Shown here: one piece after another, positions 1-8,681 of the stretch
Numbering within the stretch: position 1 is the stretch's first letter
Layout: every line of letters starts with the position of its first letter
Source of the DNA: Candidatus Taenariivivens baikalensis
GTDB lineage: Bacteria > Omnitrophota > Omnitrophia > Omnitrophales > Aquincolibacteriaceae
Length of the DNA stretch: 64,000 bases
Assembly: GCA_009691445.1 (NCBI GenBank)
Contig: SICL01000002.1
Location: forward strand, 64,063 to 128,062
Direction of reading: 5' to 3'
Notes under the pieces: model-generated
The model's database searches: none
The model's input: only the letters and a program-made list of their open reading frames with translations
Told to the model about the DNA's origin: nothing
Made by a program: the position numbers and the translations under genes

Positions 1-1117
1 GCATGGGTTGAAACGATGCTAAAAAAGGGAGTGCAAAAAAATTGAATAGATTCTTTGTGACCCCGATGGTTGCGAATTTCTGCTCGGCATAAAGCCCAGT
101 ACTTCCAAATTTATGGGTGAAGAGAGGATAGAGCGGACTTCCCGTCATAATCGTATTTCGGATAAACCAGTAGGAGGCCGTAAGAAATATTCCTACGCTG
201 TTAATCATGATCAAGGCGAAATTTTTTTTCCATTTTTTATAAAAAAGAGCATCGAGTCCGAGCCATAGATAAGAAGCCAGAATGAATTGAAGTGTCAGCC
301 ATTTGCATCCGATGGAAATCCCCAGAAGAATTCCTGAGAGGAAGCAATCCCGTAAGGAGGATTGGATTTTCCCGTTTATAAAAAAGTAGAAACCAAGAAA
401 CGTAAAAAGGGCAACTCCCCCATCAGAATAACTGATCGATGCCTGATTAAAAAGCGTTGGGGTCAGCCAGAAGATGGTGCTAAGGAATAATGCCGTTTCG
501 TAATGGGCTGTGTGTTTTTGAAAGACGCGAATCATGGCAATGATGAGAAAAAAAATCGTTGTCCAATGAAACAAAATAGCTGCGGGGATGGATTTGAAGA
601 AGAGTGGAAAAACAAAAAGCTCCTCCATAAAAAGCGAACGCCATGATTTTTCATCAAAAAAAAGCGGGAGGACGGAGTGGTTTTTAATGAACATCTTGGG
701 CAGATAGAGATGATACGCCAGTGAGTCATTTGCAATTTCAGGAGCAAAACAAGCAAGAAAAGAAATAAGCATGGTTACAGCGAAAACAATTCGTGTGTAG
801 GTACCAAATTTATTTGTGGGCGTAAGGAATACAGATTCAGCGATTTCTCCTAACCACTTTGGGAAACCTTGAAGAGATCTTAAACCCAATAAACTAAAGC
901 ACAAGATTCCGGCATAAGCACTCCATGAATAAAGACATCCAACCGTTCCAATGACGACAATCCACATCCCCCAAAGGCCAAGTCCAAAGGCGTAATAAAA
1001 AATTCCTTTAATCACCGGATCATCTTCTTTGATCCACCGGTTAAAAAGAGACCCTGACATATAAATCGCGGGGAGATAAAAAAGCCATAAGACAATAGCT
1101 TTGGCAATTTCAAGCAC
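1..1117 (-). CDS. GT-C-fold polytopic membrane glycosyltransferase-like protein (ArnT/PMT-like), 3'-partial: runs off the window start
   Basis: I translated the minus strand by hand in the frame of plus triplets starting at position 2. There is no stop from position 2 to 1132 (>370 codons). The product is hydrophobic and multi-TM (…EIAKAIVLWLFYLPAIYMSGSLFNRWIKEDDPVIKGIFYYAFGLGLWGMWIVVIGTV…LYPLFTHKFGSTGLYAEQ…). The likely GTG start at 1117..1115 overlaps the TGA stop of the upstream gene by 8 nt. The ORF track omits it only because the stop lies outside the window. Confidence 0.55.
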   Translation of the reverse strand, partial: MLEIAKAIVLWLFYLPAIYMSGSLFNRWIKEDDPVIKGIFYYAFGLGLWGMWIVVIGTVGCLYSWSAYAGILCFSLLGLRSLQGFPKWLGEIAESVFLTPTNKFGTYTRIVFAVTMLISFLACFAPEIANDSLAYHLYLPKMFIKNHSVLPLFFDEKSWRSLFMEELFVFPLFFKSIPAAILFHWTTIFFLIIAMIRVFQKHTAHYETALFLSTIFWLTPTLFNQASISYSDGGVALFTFLGFYFFINGKIQSSLRDCFLSGILLGISIGCKWLTLQFILASYLWLGLDALFYKKWKKNFALIMINSVGIFLTASYWFIRNTIMTGSPLYPLFTHKFGSTGLYAEQKFATIGVTKNLFNFFALPFLASFQPM

Positions 1118-3467
1118 GGGCTTTCTCCCAGTTTAAAAGTGACTCGAAAGGATGATAGGAGAATTGGATTTGGTATTGACCTGCTTTAGGTAAAAAAATC
1201 GACTGAAAAAGTCCGTAAGCGGTATAAAGTCTAATTTCTGCTCCATTGATTTTCGCCTTCCAGCCCGGATACATCATCTCTGGACGGACAAAGAAGACAG
1301 GTCCGCTGGTTTTAACCATCCACGTAGAGTTCTCATCATTTTCTTTGACAACTTCGATCGTCCCTTGAGCGATATCATTTTGAATTTGAAAAGGAATTAA
1401 TTTTGACTCAGACTCTTCCAGAAGAAGTTCTGTCTTAGGGGTAAAACCCGGGGCCATCAGTTTCTTCTGAAGTTCATCCCAAGACTGGACTAGCGTGACA
1501 TGGTTTACCAGGAAAGCTTTTTGAGAAGGCAGATTCAGTTGATAGAGATAGTTTTTATGCAGTTCATTCTTATCCAAAAGAATCAAAGAAGGATTATCCA
1601 GGGCTTGCGTACTCAGGATGTGCGTGACATCAAGTGCGTTGAGCAAGGAAAGATGGGCATAGACAAAAGCTGGATCAGGCGAGGTGGCTATATTGGAATC
1701 ATTCACATCGCCCAAAAGCCCGATTGAATTATAATATCTTTTCATCACCAGCGGAGAATAAGCCCCGATCTCTGAAATATCTAGCAGGATATTGGAGCTT
1801 GGGATAACAGGAAGTGCTTCAAAGAGCTTCCGGTAGCTATAAAGTTTCCCGACTTTGCCTTCTTTATTTTCCCGAATAAGGCGTTGTGTGACTGAATTAA
1901 AAACCAAGTAAGCTTTTTGATAGGTCGAGAAGTCCTGTTTCACATCTATCCAGGCGAATGAATAGAGGTCACCGAAGAGAAAAAGAAATCCAAAAACAAG
2001 CAGGCGTTTGCTCCAATAAGGTTTTCGGTAAAAATACCAGGAAGAGAGAAATCCAAAAAAAAGGAGGGCAAGGGTTACCTGATTTTCCCTGTCATGGGGG
2101 TTGTAAAGATGAGCAAAGGATTGGAGCTGTTCTGGGATTCTGGCCAGATAGTCATTTAAGGAATGTTCATGTCCAGCCTTTCCGTAGATAAATGTCCGAA
2201 TATACCAATTCCCCCATTCTGCGAGATGATCCCCACCCCACCGCAGCAAGAGCCAGAAGCTTAAAGCAACTGCAAAAAAACCGAGGAAAGAAAAAAAATA
2301 AACCTTCGCCTCAGCTTGGAAACTGTTCTTCCCTTCCGCGAGACGAAGGAGAATTTTTTCTAGACCAATGCCGGCAAGAATTGAAAATCCAAAACAGATA
2401 AAGCCCAGAAACTTTGCGGGGAATCGAAACGAGTAAAAATGAGTCACCTTAATGAGAGCCGCGTAAAGAGGGCTCCATCGACCTAGGGCAAGCAGTGCTG
2501 CTAAAATGGTCAGGGTGACCCATAAGCGCCTGAGCTTTGAAGATTCTTTAGCCGGATTCACAAGGCTGGTGATGATCAAAAGAAGCGTGAACAGTCCGCA
2601 GTAAAGATTATTACCGCGAAAAATATATTGAGCGGTAGGAATAAAGAATGAAACCCAAGCTAAGGGGGATAAAGATCCAATATAGGCGTAATCTTCCGTG
2701 AGTCCAAGACGATTAGATTGGAGGGAAAGCTGATACGTTAAATAAATTTGGGGAAACATGAGCACACCTGCGATGACCATGGATAGAGCTAACTGAAGAA
2801 AAACTTTCGGCAATGGAATGTCGGGATCTCTGATCCATGTAATCCGATTGAAAACATAAAACAAAAAAATGAGCCAGGTGTATGCCGCCATTTGGAGATA
2901 GCCTGCAACAAAGGACAGGGCGATGGAGATCCCGAGCCCTAGAGCAGCTTTCCAGGATCGTTCCTGGTAGATTCGCTCAAAGAGATAAAGGCCCAAGGGA
3001 AACCAAGCAATCGTTTTTAGGGAAGTCATATTGTAATAGGCTCCTCCAAAAGCGGCTCCGAAGACAAAAATAACCGAGCTTAAAATCGAGCCCGCTTGCG
3101 AAAGCTTCATTTTTCTGCAGTAAAGGTAAGTTCCCCATCCGGCAAACCAGAAATGAATAAGATTCATCCATGAATAGGCCCATTTAAATGGGAGAAAAAA
3201 ATAAAGAATTAAATGCGGAAGATAAAAAATAGCGATCTGGCTTTCAGCGGCAATAGGAAATCCACAATGAATTCGGCTCGTCCAGAATGGCAATTTCCAC
3301 TGTTTCAGAGACTGGCTCAAAAGAGACGCCCAGGGATAATGCTGTTCCCAGTGATCTCCTGTCAAAGGGGCAGCCTTCGCCAGAAACAAAGAGGGATAAA
3401 AAACAAAAAGAAGGGCGATAAAAAAAAGATGAAAAAAAATATGATTCTTTAATGCGGAATTTTTCAT
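1110..3467 (-). CDS. Large polytopic membrane protein, YfhO-like GT-C glycosyltransferase (785 aa)
   Basis: 785-aa ORF with roughly 12 or more N-terminal TM helices followed by a ~300-aa soluble C-terminal domain. It sits divergent from, and adjacent to, Dpm1-like GT2 genes, the same arrangement as CsbB/YfhO and GtrB/GtrII. The family assignment rests on architecture only. Confidence 0.7.
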   Translation of the reverse strand: MKNSALKNHIFFHLFFIALLFVFYPSLFLAKAAPLTGDHWEQHYPWASLLSQSLKQWKLPFWTSRIHCGFPIAAESQIAIFYLPHLILYFFLPFKWAYSWMNLIHFWFAGWGTYLYCRKMKLSQAGSILSSVIFVFGAAFGGAYYNMTSLKTIAWFPLGLYLFERIYQERSWKAALGLGISIALSFVAGYLQMAAYTWLIFLFYVFNRITWIRDPDIPLPKVFLQLALSMVIAGVLMFPQIYLTYQLSLQSNRLGLTEDYAYIGSLSPLAWVSFFIPTAQYIFRGNNLYCGLFTLLLIITSLVNPAKESSKLRRLWVTLTILAALLALGRWSPLYAALIKVTHFYSFRFPAKFLGFICFGFSILAGIGLEKILLRLAEGKNSFQAEAKVYFFSFLGFFAVALSFWLLLRWGGDHLAEWGNWYIRTFIYGKAGHEHSLNDYLARIPEQLQSFAHLYNPHDRENQVTLALLFFGFLSSWYFYRKPYWSKRLLVFGFLFLFGDLYSFAWIDVKQDFSTYQKAYLVFNSVTQRLIRENKEGKVGKLYSYRKLFEALPVIPSSNILLDISEIGAYSPLVMKRYYNSIGLLGDVNDSNIATSPDPAFVYAHLSLLNALDVTHILSTQALDNPSLILLDKNELHKNYLYQLNLPSQKAFLVNHVTLVQSWDELQKKLMAPGFTPKTELLLEESESKLIPFQIQNDIAQGTIEVVKENDENSTWMVKTSGPVFFVRPEMMYPGWKAKINGAEIRLYTAYGLFQSIFLPKAGQYQIQFSYHPFESLLNWEKARA

Positions 3468-3571
3468 AGAAAATGCTTATGCGTCAGACGATTCAAAGAC
3501 ATGCTGAATTTCCCTCATTTTATGATGTAACCCGAGGATACACAAATACTTCCTTTGATGTGAGGACGCGG

Positions 3572-3600
3572 TTGACAACCCGAAGGCTTTCCAATATTCT
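3572..3600 (+). promoter_or_regulatory. Candidate sigma70 promoter for the + strand GT2 gene (TTGACA-17 nt-TATTCT)
   Basis: ttgaca at 3572-3577, a 17-nt spacer, and tattct at 3595-3600, in the divergent intergenic region. GGAG at 3601-3604 precedes the ATG at 3607. The -10 element and the SD cannot both be functional, so this is speculative. Confidence 0.25.
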
Positions 3601-3606
3601 GGAGAC

Positions 3607-4404
3607 ATGGCTGACCATCCTTTTATCAGTTTCATCGTCCCGGTCTACAATGAAGAGCTTAATATCGCTCATATGCTTCACAATCTTCATGGGGTGCTTG
3701 CTCAATATCCTCAGTGGAATTCCGAGGTAATTGTGGTTGAGGACGGCAGCCGAGATGGCACCCGTCAGGTTATTTGTCAGGAAATTAAAAAATATCCGCA
3801 GACTCAGCTAATTCTTCATGAAGAAAACAAAGGTTATACCGCTTCGCTCAAGGATGGAATCCAAAAGTCCCGGGGACGTTATTTGATGTACATTGGTGCG
3901 GATGAAGAGTTTGACAGTACGGAGCTCCCTCAATTTATGGACATTTTGATCAAGGATGAGGCGGATGTCGTTTTGGGAGTCAGGTGGCAGAGAAATGCGT
4001 ACACCCTTTTTCGATTTTTTTTGTCCATGGTTTATATTTTCTTTCTGAATTATATTTTTAAACTGCGCGTCAATGATTACAATTGGTCACAAATCTGGAG
4101 CCGAAAACTTTTTGAGCGGATCGAACTTAAATCAAAATCCCTTTTTGTTTTGCCTGAAATTATCATTAAGGCTTACGACCTAAAACTGAAAGTGAAGGAA
4201 GTCCCATCGAATCACCGTGGACGGCGAGCAGGAAAATCGTCACTCAATATGAAGATCATGGGTCTTGCGGTGTGGGAGGCGCTTAGTTTTTGGCAGCACA
4301 GAAATTCAAGTCGCTATCAACCGGACGAGACGGCGCATCAGCCGTTCTTGACGCCTCGTGCGTCGGATTCCAACCCCGCCGTGTCTCATTCCAGTTTTCA
4401 GTAA
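3607..4404 (+). CDS. Glycosyltransferase family 2 (Dpm1/GtrB-like polyprenyl-phosphate sugar synthase)
   Basis: N-terminus FISFIVPVYNEELNI…VVEDGSRDGT, and a DxD-like EDGS motif. This is the typical GT2 catalytic region. Confidence 0.85.
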   Translation: MADHPFISFIVPVYNEELNIAHMLHNLHGVLAQYPQWNSEVIVVEDGSRDGTRQVICQEIKKYPQTQLILHEENKGYTASLKDGIQKSRGRYLMYIGADEEFDSTELPQFMDILIKDEADVVLGVRWQRNAYTLFRFFLSMVYIFFLNYIFKLRVNDYNWSQIWSRKLFERIELKSKSLFVLPEIIIKAYDLKLKVKEVPSNHRGRRAGKSSLNMKIMGLAVWEALSFWQHRNSSRYQPDETAHQPFLTPRASDSNPAVSHSSFQ

Positions 4405-4447
4405 ACCCATCGGCCATCCGTTTCCGAGTCCCGTTAATGCCCAGGAA

Positions 4448-5194
4448 TCAGAAGGCCGTTTTTTTTCGACGGTATGCTCGACGAATTTCGGAGCGCTGAA
4501 GCAGCTGCCTCATGACAAAACAGACAGATTCCCAAATGACCTTTTTTGAAATTTTAGAACTTCCTTTTGTCCGATCGCTAAAACAGATTGGGATTTCGTA
4601 AAAAGAAGCGTCCTCAAGAATCGCGAGACTTTTAAGTTCGATTAAAAAGGCATACCCTTCGGTATGGATGGGATGCTTTAAGATTCTTCGCAGCAAATCC
4701 ATCCGGAAACAATGAAAACCGCTGGTGAGATCATAAAAAGGAAGCCCCGTAATCATACGCGCATATCCATTCGCGAAGCGGCTCATTAAAAGCCGTCGGA
4801 AAGGCCAGTTTTCCAATCGACCTCCGTGGATATAGCGAGATCCGATCACCAGATCATAGTCTTGTGCATGATGCAGCAAAGTCTTGATATATCTTGGATG
4901 ATGAGAAAAATCCGCATCCATGGTAATGACAAGATCATGTTGATTTTTTTTAAGGACCCATTGCATGGCTTCTAAATAGGCGCGGCCCAGACCGAGTTTG
5001 GAAGTTTGTTCATAGATAAAAAGACGGGGATCCTGCCGCTGAAGTTCCCGGACACGATCCGCTGTTTTATCCGGCGAAGCACTGTCCACGACAAGAATAT
5101 CAACGTCTTGCGGATGCTCGCGGCGAATTGCTTGATGAATGTCCGCGATATTTTCTCTCTCATTGTAAGTTGGGATGATCAGAATAGGTTTCAT
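4448..5194 (-). CDS. Glycosyltransferase family 2, polyprenol-phosphate mannose synthase (Dpm1/Ppm1)-like
   Basis: MKPILIIPTYNERENI…ILVVDSASPDKT…; a 248-aa soluble Dpm1-like GT2. It overlaps the upstream methyltransferase gene by 4 nt. Confidence 0.85.
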   Translation of the reverse strand: MKPILIIPTYNERENIADIHQAIRREHPQDVDILVVDSASPDKTADRVRELQRQDPRLFIYEQTSKLGLGRAYLEAMQWVLKKNQHDLVITMDADFSHHPRYIKTLLHHAQDYDLVIGSRYIHGGRLENWPFRRLLMSRFANGYARMITGLPFYDLTSGFHCFRMDLLRRILKHPIHTEGYAFLIELKSLAILEDASFYEIPICFSDRTKGSSKISKKVIWESVCFVMRQLLQRSEIRRAYRRKKTAF

Positions 5195-6117
5195 AAAACA
5201 ATAATCTTTTCAGATGGTTTTTGACCAATCATGATAAGACGGTTCTCAAGGTGAATTAATTTTCCGATGTTAAGAATGCCGGAAGCGGCCAGTTTTTCAA
5301 TCGCGGTAAAATGATAGCGCTCCAAATCAGTGCTTGAAAAGAACTGTTTTTTGATGATAAATCCGCACTTCTGAAGCAATGCACTCAGTGTTTGACGGGT
5401 GTAGTAAACGGTATGTTCCATCAAATAAGTTTTCTCGATACCTCCTCGAATCAGACCAAAGCTCATTCGAAATAGACTTTCAGAAAGTAGACGTAGAAAG
5501 CTTAAGTCATTGGGAACAGCGATTAAAAAAAATCCTTCAGCACTCAGGTAAGAATAAATTTTTTCAAGAAAAGCCATTGGCTGATAAAAATGCTCAAGGA
5601 CATCCATTGCCACCACGACATCATAGCCGTTGGTTAAGGACGATTGACAGCTCATGAAGTCGCCCTGTTGCAGCTCCAAACCAAAGCGATGGCGAGCCAC
5701 GGAGCGATTGCGATGGCTTGAATCGATCCCGGCAACTTGCCAGCCCTTTTTTTGCGCCGCGGCCAAAAATAATCCGTTCCCATATCCGACCTCAAAGAAG
5801 GTACGAGTTTTCTTTTGTGAAGAACTCATTTCATCCAGACAGCTCAAAAAAACCTGATAATCCCTCATGGTTTTCGAGGGCTTCGTCAGGTCGCCATAGT
5901 CATAATAGGTCTGATAAAAAGCGTGAGACTTGAAGAGTTGCTCGGGTGATTCATAAAAGTCCGACATATCCTTTTGGGACATGCAGGGATCGAGATAGCG
6001 CAGACCGCATGGCTGGCAGGAGTAGACGAAAGATTGATGAACCGGAAACAAGAGTCTTCTCTGATTCGACCCGCAAACTGGGCACTGATGTAATAAAAGA
6101 TGCTGGGAGTTAGTCAT
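5191..6117 (-). CDS. Class I SAM-dependent methyltransferase with N-terminal zinc ribbon (TylCIII / sugar C-methyltransferase-like)
   Basis: The start was moved to the ATG at 6117 (MTNSQHLL…). That gives an 8-nt ATGACTAA overlap with the upstream GT2 stop. Motifs: CPVCGS…CQPCG zinc ribbon, then the SAM motif FFEVGYGNGLF and a DVLEH motif. Confidence 0.8.
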   Translation of the reverse strand: MTNSQHLLLHQCPVCGSNQRRLLFPVHQSFVYSCQPCGLRYLDPCMSQKDMSDFYESPEQLFKSHAFYQTYYDYGDLTKPSKTMRDYQVFLSCLDEMSSSQKKTRTFFEVGYGNGLFLAAAQKKGWQVAGIDSSHRNRSVARHRFGLELQQGDFMSCQSSLTNGYDVVVAMDVLEHFYQPMAFLEKIYSYLSAEGFFLIAVPNDLSFLRLLSESLFRMSFGLIRGGIEKTYLMEHTVYYTRQTLSALLQKCGFIIKKQFFSSTDLERYHFTAIEKLAASGILNIGKLIHLENRLIMIGQKPSEKIIVL

Positions 6118-6874
6118 AATGCTTGTGAATAATATTTTGAAAAATCCTACTCTTGAGAATCCCCCATCGGGTAAGACGATATTGTAAGGCGGTACGAAGC
6201 ACTCCAAAGGCATAGAAAAAAGAATCTTTGAAATTGATCGAAGAAGAATCAGGAGAATAGTAAGTTGGACACGATATTTCTCCGACTTTAAATCCAGCAT
6301 AAAAAACCTGGGCAAGAAGCTGATTGTCAAAGACAAAACCATTGGAATTATTCATAAAGGGGATACTTTCCAAAACTTTTCTTGAATAGGCACGATAGCC
6401 TGTGTGGTATTCAGAAAGGTGCTGCCAAAGAATAATATTTTCTACAAATGTCAGTAAACGATTGATGATCAATTTATGCAGAGGCATCCCCCCTTTTAGA
6501 GTACTGTTGCCCAGGACACGGCTTCCCAAAGTGACGTCATAGACTTTATGCGCAATAAGCCAGGATAACGGGACGAGCAATTTAGGGGTGTATTGATAAT
6601 CAGGATGCAGCATGATGATGATATCCGCATTTTTTTTTAGAGCTTCCTGATAACAGCTTTTTTGATTTCCGCCATATCCGAGATTTTTGGGGTGACGGAT
6701 AATATTTTTGATACCCAATTTTTCAGCAATCTCAACTGTATGATCCTTGCTTGCGTCATCGACCAGAATAACCTCATCGACAAGATCAAGTGGGATTTCA
6801 CGGTAGGTCCGTTCTAAGGTTTTTGCCGCATTGTAGGCGGGAAGCACCACGATGATTTTCATGTCCTGAATCAT
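6110..6874 (-). CDS. Glycosyltransferase family 2
   Basis: MKIIVVLPAYNAAKTL…ILVDDASKDHT…; GT2 N-terminal fold. Confidence 0.85.
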   Translation of the reverse strand: MIQDMKIIVVLPAYNAAKTLERTYREIPLDLVDEVILVDDASKDHTVEIAEKLGIKNIIRHPKNLGYGGNQKSCYQEALKKNADIIIMLHPDYQYTPKLLVPLSWLIAHKVYDVTLGSRVLGNSTLKGGMPLHKLIINRLLTFVENIILWQHLSEYHTGYRAYSRKVLESIPFMNNSNGFVFDNQLLAQVFYAGFKVGEISCPTYYSPDSSSINFKDSFFYAFGVLRTALQYRLTRWGILKSRIFQNIIHKHYD

Positions 6875-6913
6875 TTTAATTTATCTTTTTCTGAACCCTT
6901 GCGAAGGGTTATT

Positions 6914-8557
6914 TTAATAAGGCTTTAAGAAAAAATACGACGTAAATCGCGAATAATATTGGAGCAATCGCTTACAAATCCCATTGATGATGCGGAGGTA
7001 AGGAGTTTTGATCATACGTTGCAGTTTCGTCCGTATAAGTTGATCAAGCTGGGTTTCTTCATTGCCTGAAATGATACTTTTTAAAAATAAGATAAATCGA
7101 TACGGGTGGGTCAAATAGGCGGTTAAATAAAAAGAGAACAGTAAGAGAAATTGTAAGCGAATAAGCTCAGGGGTGCTCATGATGGAGTTATAGGTGCGTG
7201 TACGCCACCCTGATCGCGCAAGAGCCAAATAATAATATTCTGAATTAAATGTTATTTTCCCATCGGCCATAAGTTCCTTAAAATCGTCACTGCCTGGATA
7301 CGGCGCAAAGATCATCACAGCCGCATCTTGAACTCCGACGAATGCGCAGGTCATCATAAAGAGAAAATGATGCCACCCATCCGATCGTTCTTCTTTCGGA
7401 TGACCGATGATAATATTAATTCGCGTCACAACCGACGCTTTTTTTGCAGCTTTTAAAGATTGAATCATATGCGAAAGACTCACCTTTTTTTTGATAATTT
7501 TCAGCATTCGATTGGACCCGCTTTCAGGAGCGTAGGTAATATTCCGACAGCCTGTTTCGTAAACTAATTTCAACACCTCTTCATCAAGCGCCTCGGAGCG
7601 GGTGCCGGTCGGGAGTTGCCATGTAATATCAAGATTCTCACGTTTCAGGATTTTACAAAACCGCATGATCCATCCCTTTTCAATAATTGCGGTCAAATCG
7701 CAAAAATTCACATTGTTGATTTTATAGCGTGAAACATAATTTTTCATTTCTGCGACCACGTCCTCAGGCTCTCGAACGACATAACGCGTGGTCCACATTT
7801 GAGGAGAAGAACAAAACGTGCATTGAAAGGGACATCCCCGGGTTGCCAGCATCGGAATGGATCGGCCGCGATGAACGCCGTGATGGTCAGACGTCTGCAT
7901 ATAGTTTTCCACCGGGAAATAATCCCACGCAGGCCAGGGAAGGTTCGCGAGTTGAAGTTGTCTTTTAGGGGGGGCAGGAGGATTATGATCATGATGATGC
8001 ATCCGCGTCGCAACACCGTTAATTTCTAGTAAGGAACCGCCATTGATGATTTGATCCACTAATTTGACAATGGTTGACTCACCCTCCCCCAGAATGCAGT
8101 AATCCACAGCGTTTGTTTCTTTGTATATCCATGGCCAAAATGCAGTCGCATTCTCACCGCCCAAAATGATTTTTATTTTGGGGTACAAGGAGCGTACTTG
8201 CTCCGCGATGGCCTTCACCGTGGGCCACTCATGCAGAAACATATGAGTAATACCTATCAGATCCGTATCAGAAGGGATTTTCTGAACGATTTCTTCAACG
8301 GAAAGGCCATTTAATGTTAAAGCTCCAACCGGGCTTTTAACATGAGTGAACTGCGAGATAGCTTCGCCAGGAGCGTCGATAACTTTTATTTGATGTCCGG
8401 CATCATGCAAGACAGCAGCGATATAAGCTAATCCGATGGGTAATATAGCGCCATAAGAGCTAAGGTTGGCTGTTAGTTCAAGAACCGGAGGGCGAATTAA
8501 TACAATTTTTGCTATTTTTTTTATTGTGCCGGTTAGTGTGTCTTGAAGTTCCATCAT
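6914..8557 (-). CDS. B12-binding domain / radical SAM protein
   Basis: The N-terminal Rossmann-like region matches a cobalamin-binding domain. The CPFQCTFCSS (CxxxCxxC) radical SAM motif lies at about residue 230. The protein is 547 aa. Confidence 0.85.
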   Translation of the reverse strand: MMELQDTLTGTIKKIAKIVLIRPPVLELTANLSSYGAILPIGLAYIAAVLHDAGHQIKVIDAPGEAISQFTHVKSPVGALTLNGLSVEEIVQKIPSDTDLIGITHMFLHEWPTVKAIAEQVRSLYPKIKIILGGENATAFWPWIYKETNAVDYCILGEGESTIVKLVDQIINGGSLLEINGVATRMHHHDHNPPAPPKRQLQLANLPWPAWDYFPVENYMQTSDHHGVHRGRSIPMLATRGCPFQCTFCSSPQMWTTRYVVREPEDVVAEMKNYVSRYKINNVNFCDLTAIIEKGWIMRFCKILKRENLDITWQLPTGTRSEALDEEVLKLVYETGCRNITYAPESGSNRMLKIIKKKVSLSHMIQSLKAAKKASVVTRINIIIGHPKEERSDGWHHFLFMMTCAFVGVQDAAVMIFAPYPGSDDFKELMADGKITFNSEYYYLALARSGWRTRTYNSIMSTPELIRLQFLLLFSFYLTAYLTHPYRFILFLKSIISGNEETQLDQLIRTKLQRMIKTPYLRIINGICKRLLQYYSRFTSYFFLKPY

Positions 8558-8681
8558 GGACGCAAGGAGATTTTTTTAAACTTGAATGATACGATCGCTT
8601 TACCTTTTCCCTTTAATTATAGGCTACACAATCGACTGAGTGATAGATCTTTCTTCACCCGCTTCTCGGGTGGAGTTTAAG

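Noticed and set aside
532-756. 74-aa ORF near the window start
   Set aside because: It lies inside, and off-frame to, the long hand-translated minus-strand GT-C-like gene (1-1117), which has no stops over more than 370 codons.
8558-8681. Cobalamin riboswitch upstream of the B12-radical SAM gene
   Set aside because: Only a short cacccg…cgggtg hairpin is present. There is no B12-box (gccactg-like) and no extended conserved structure.
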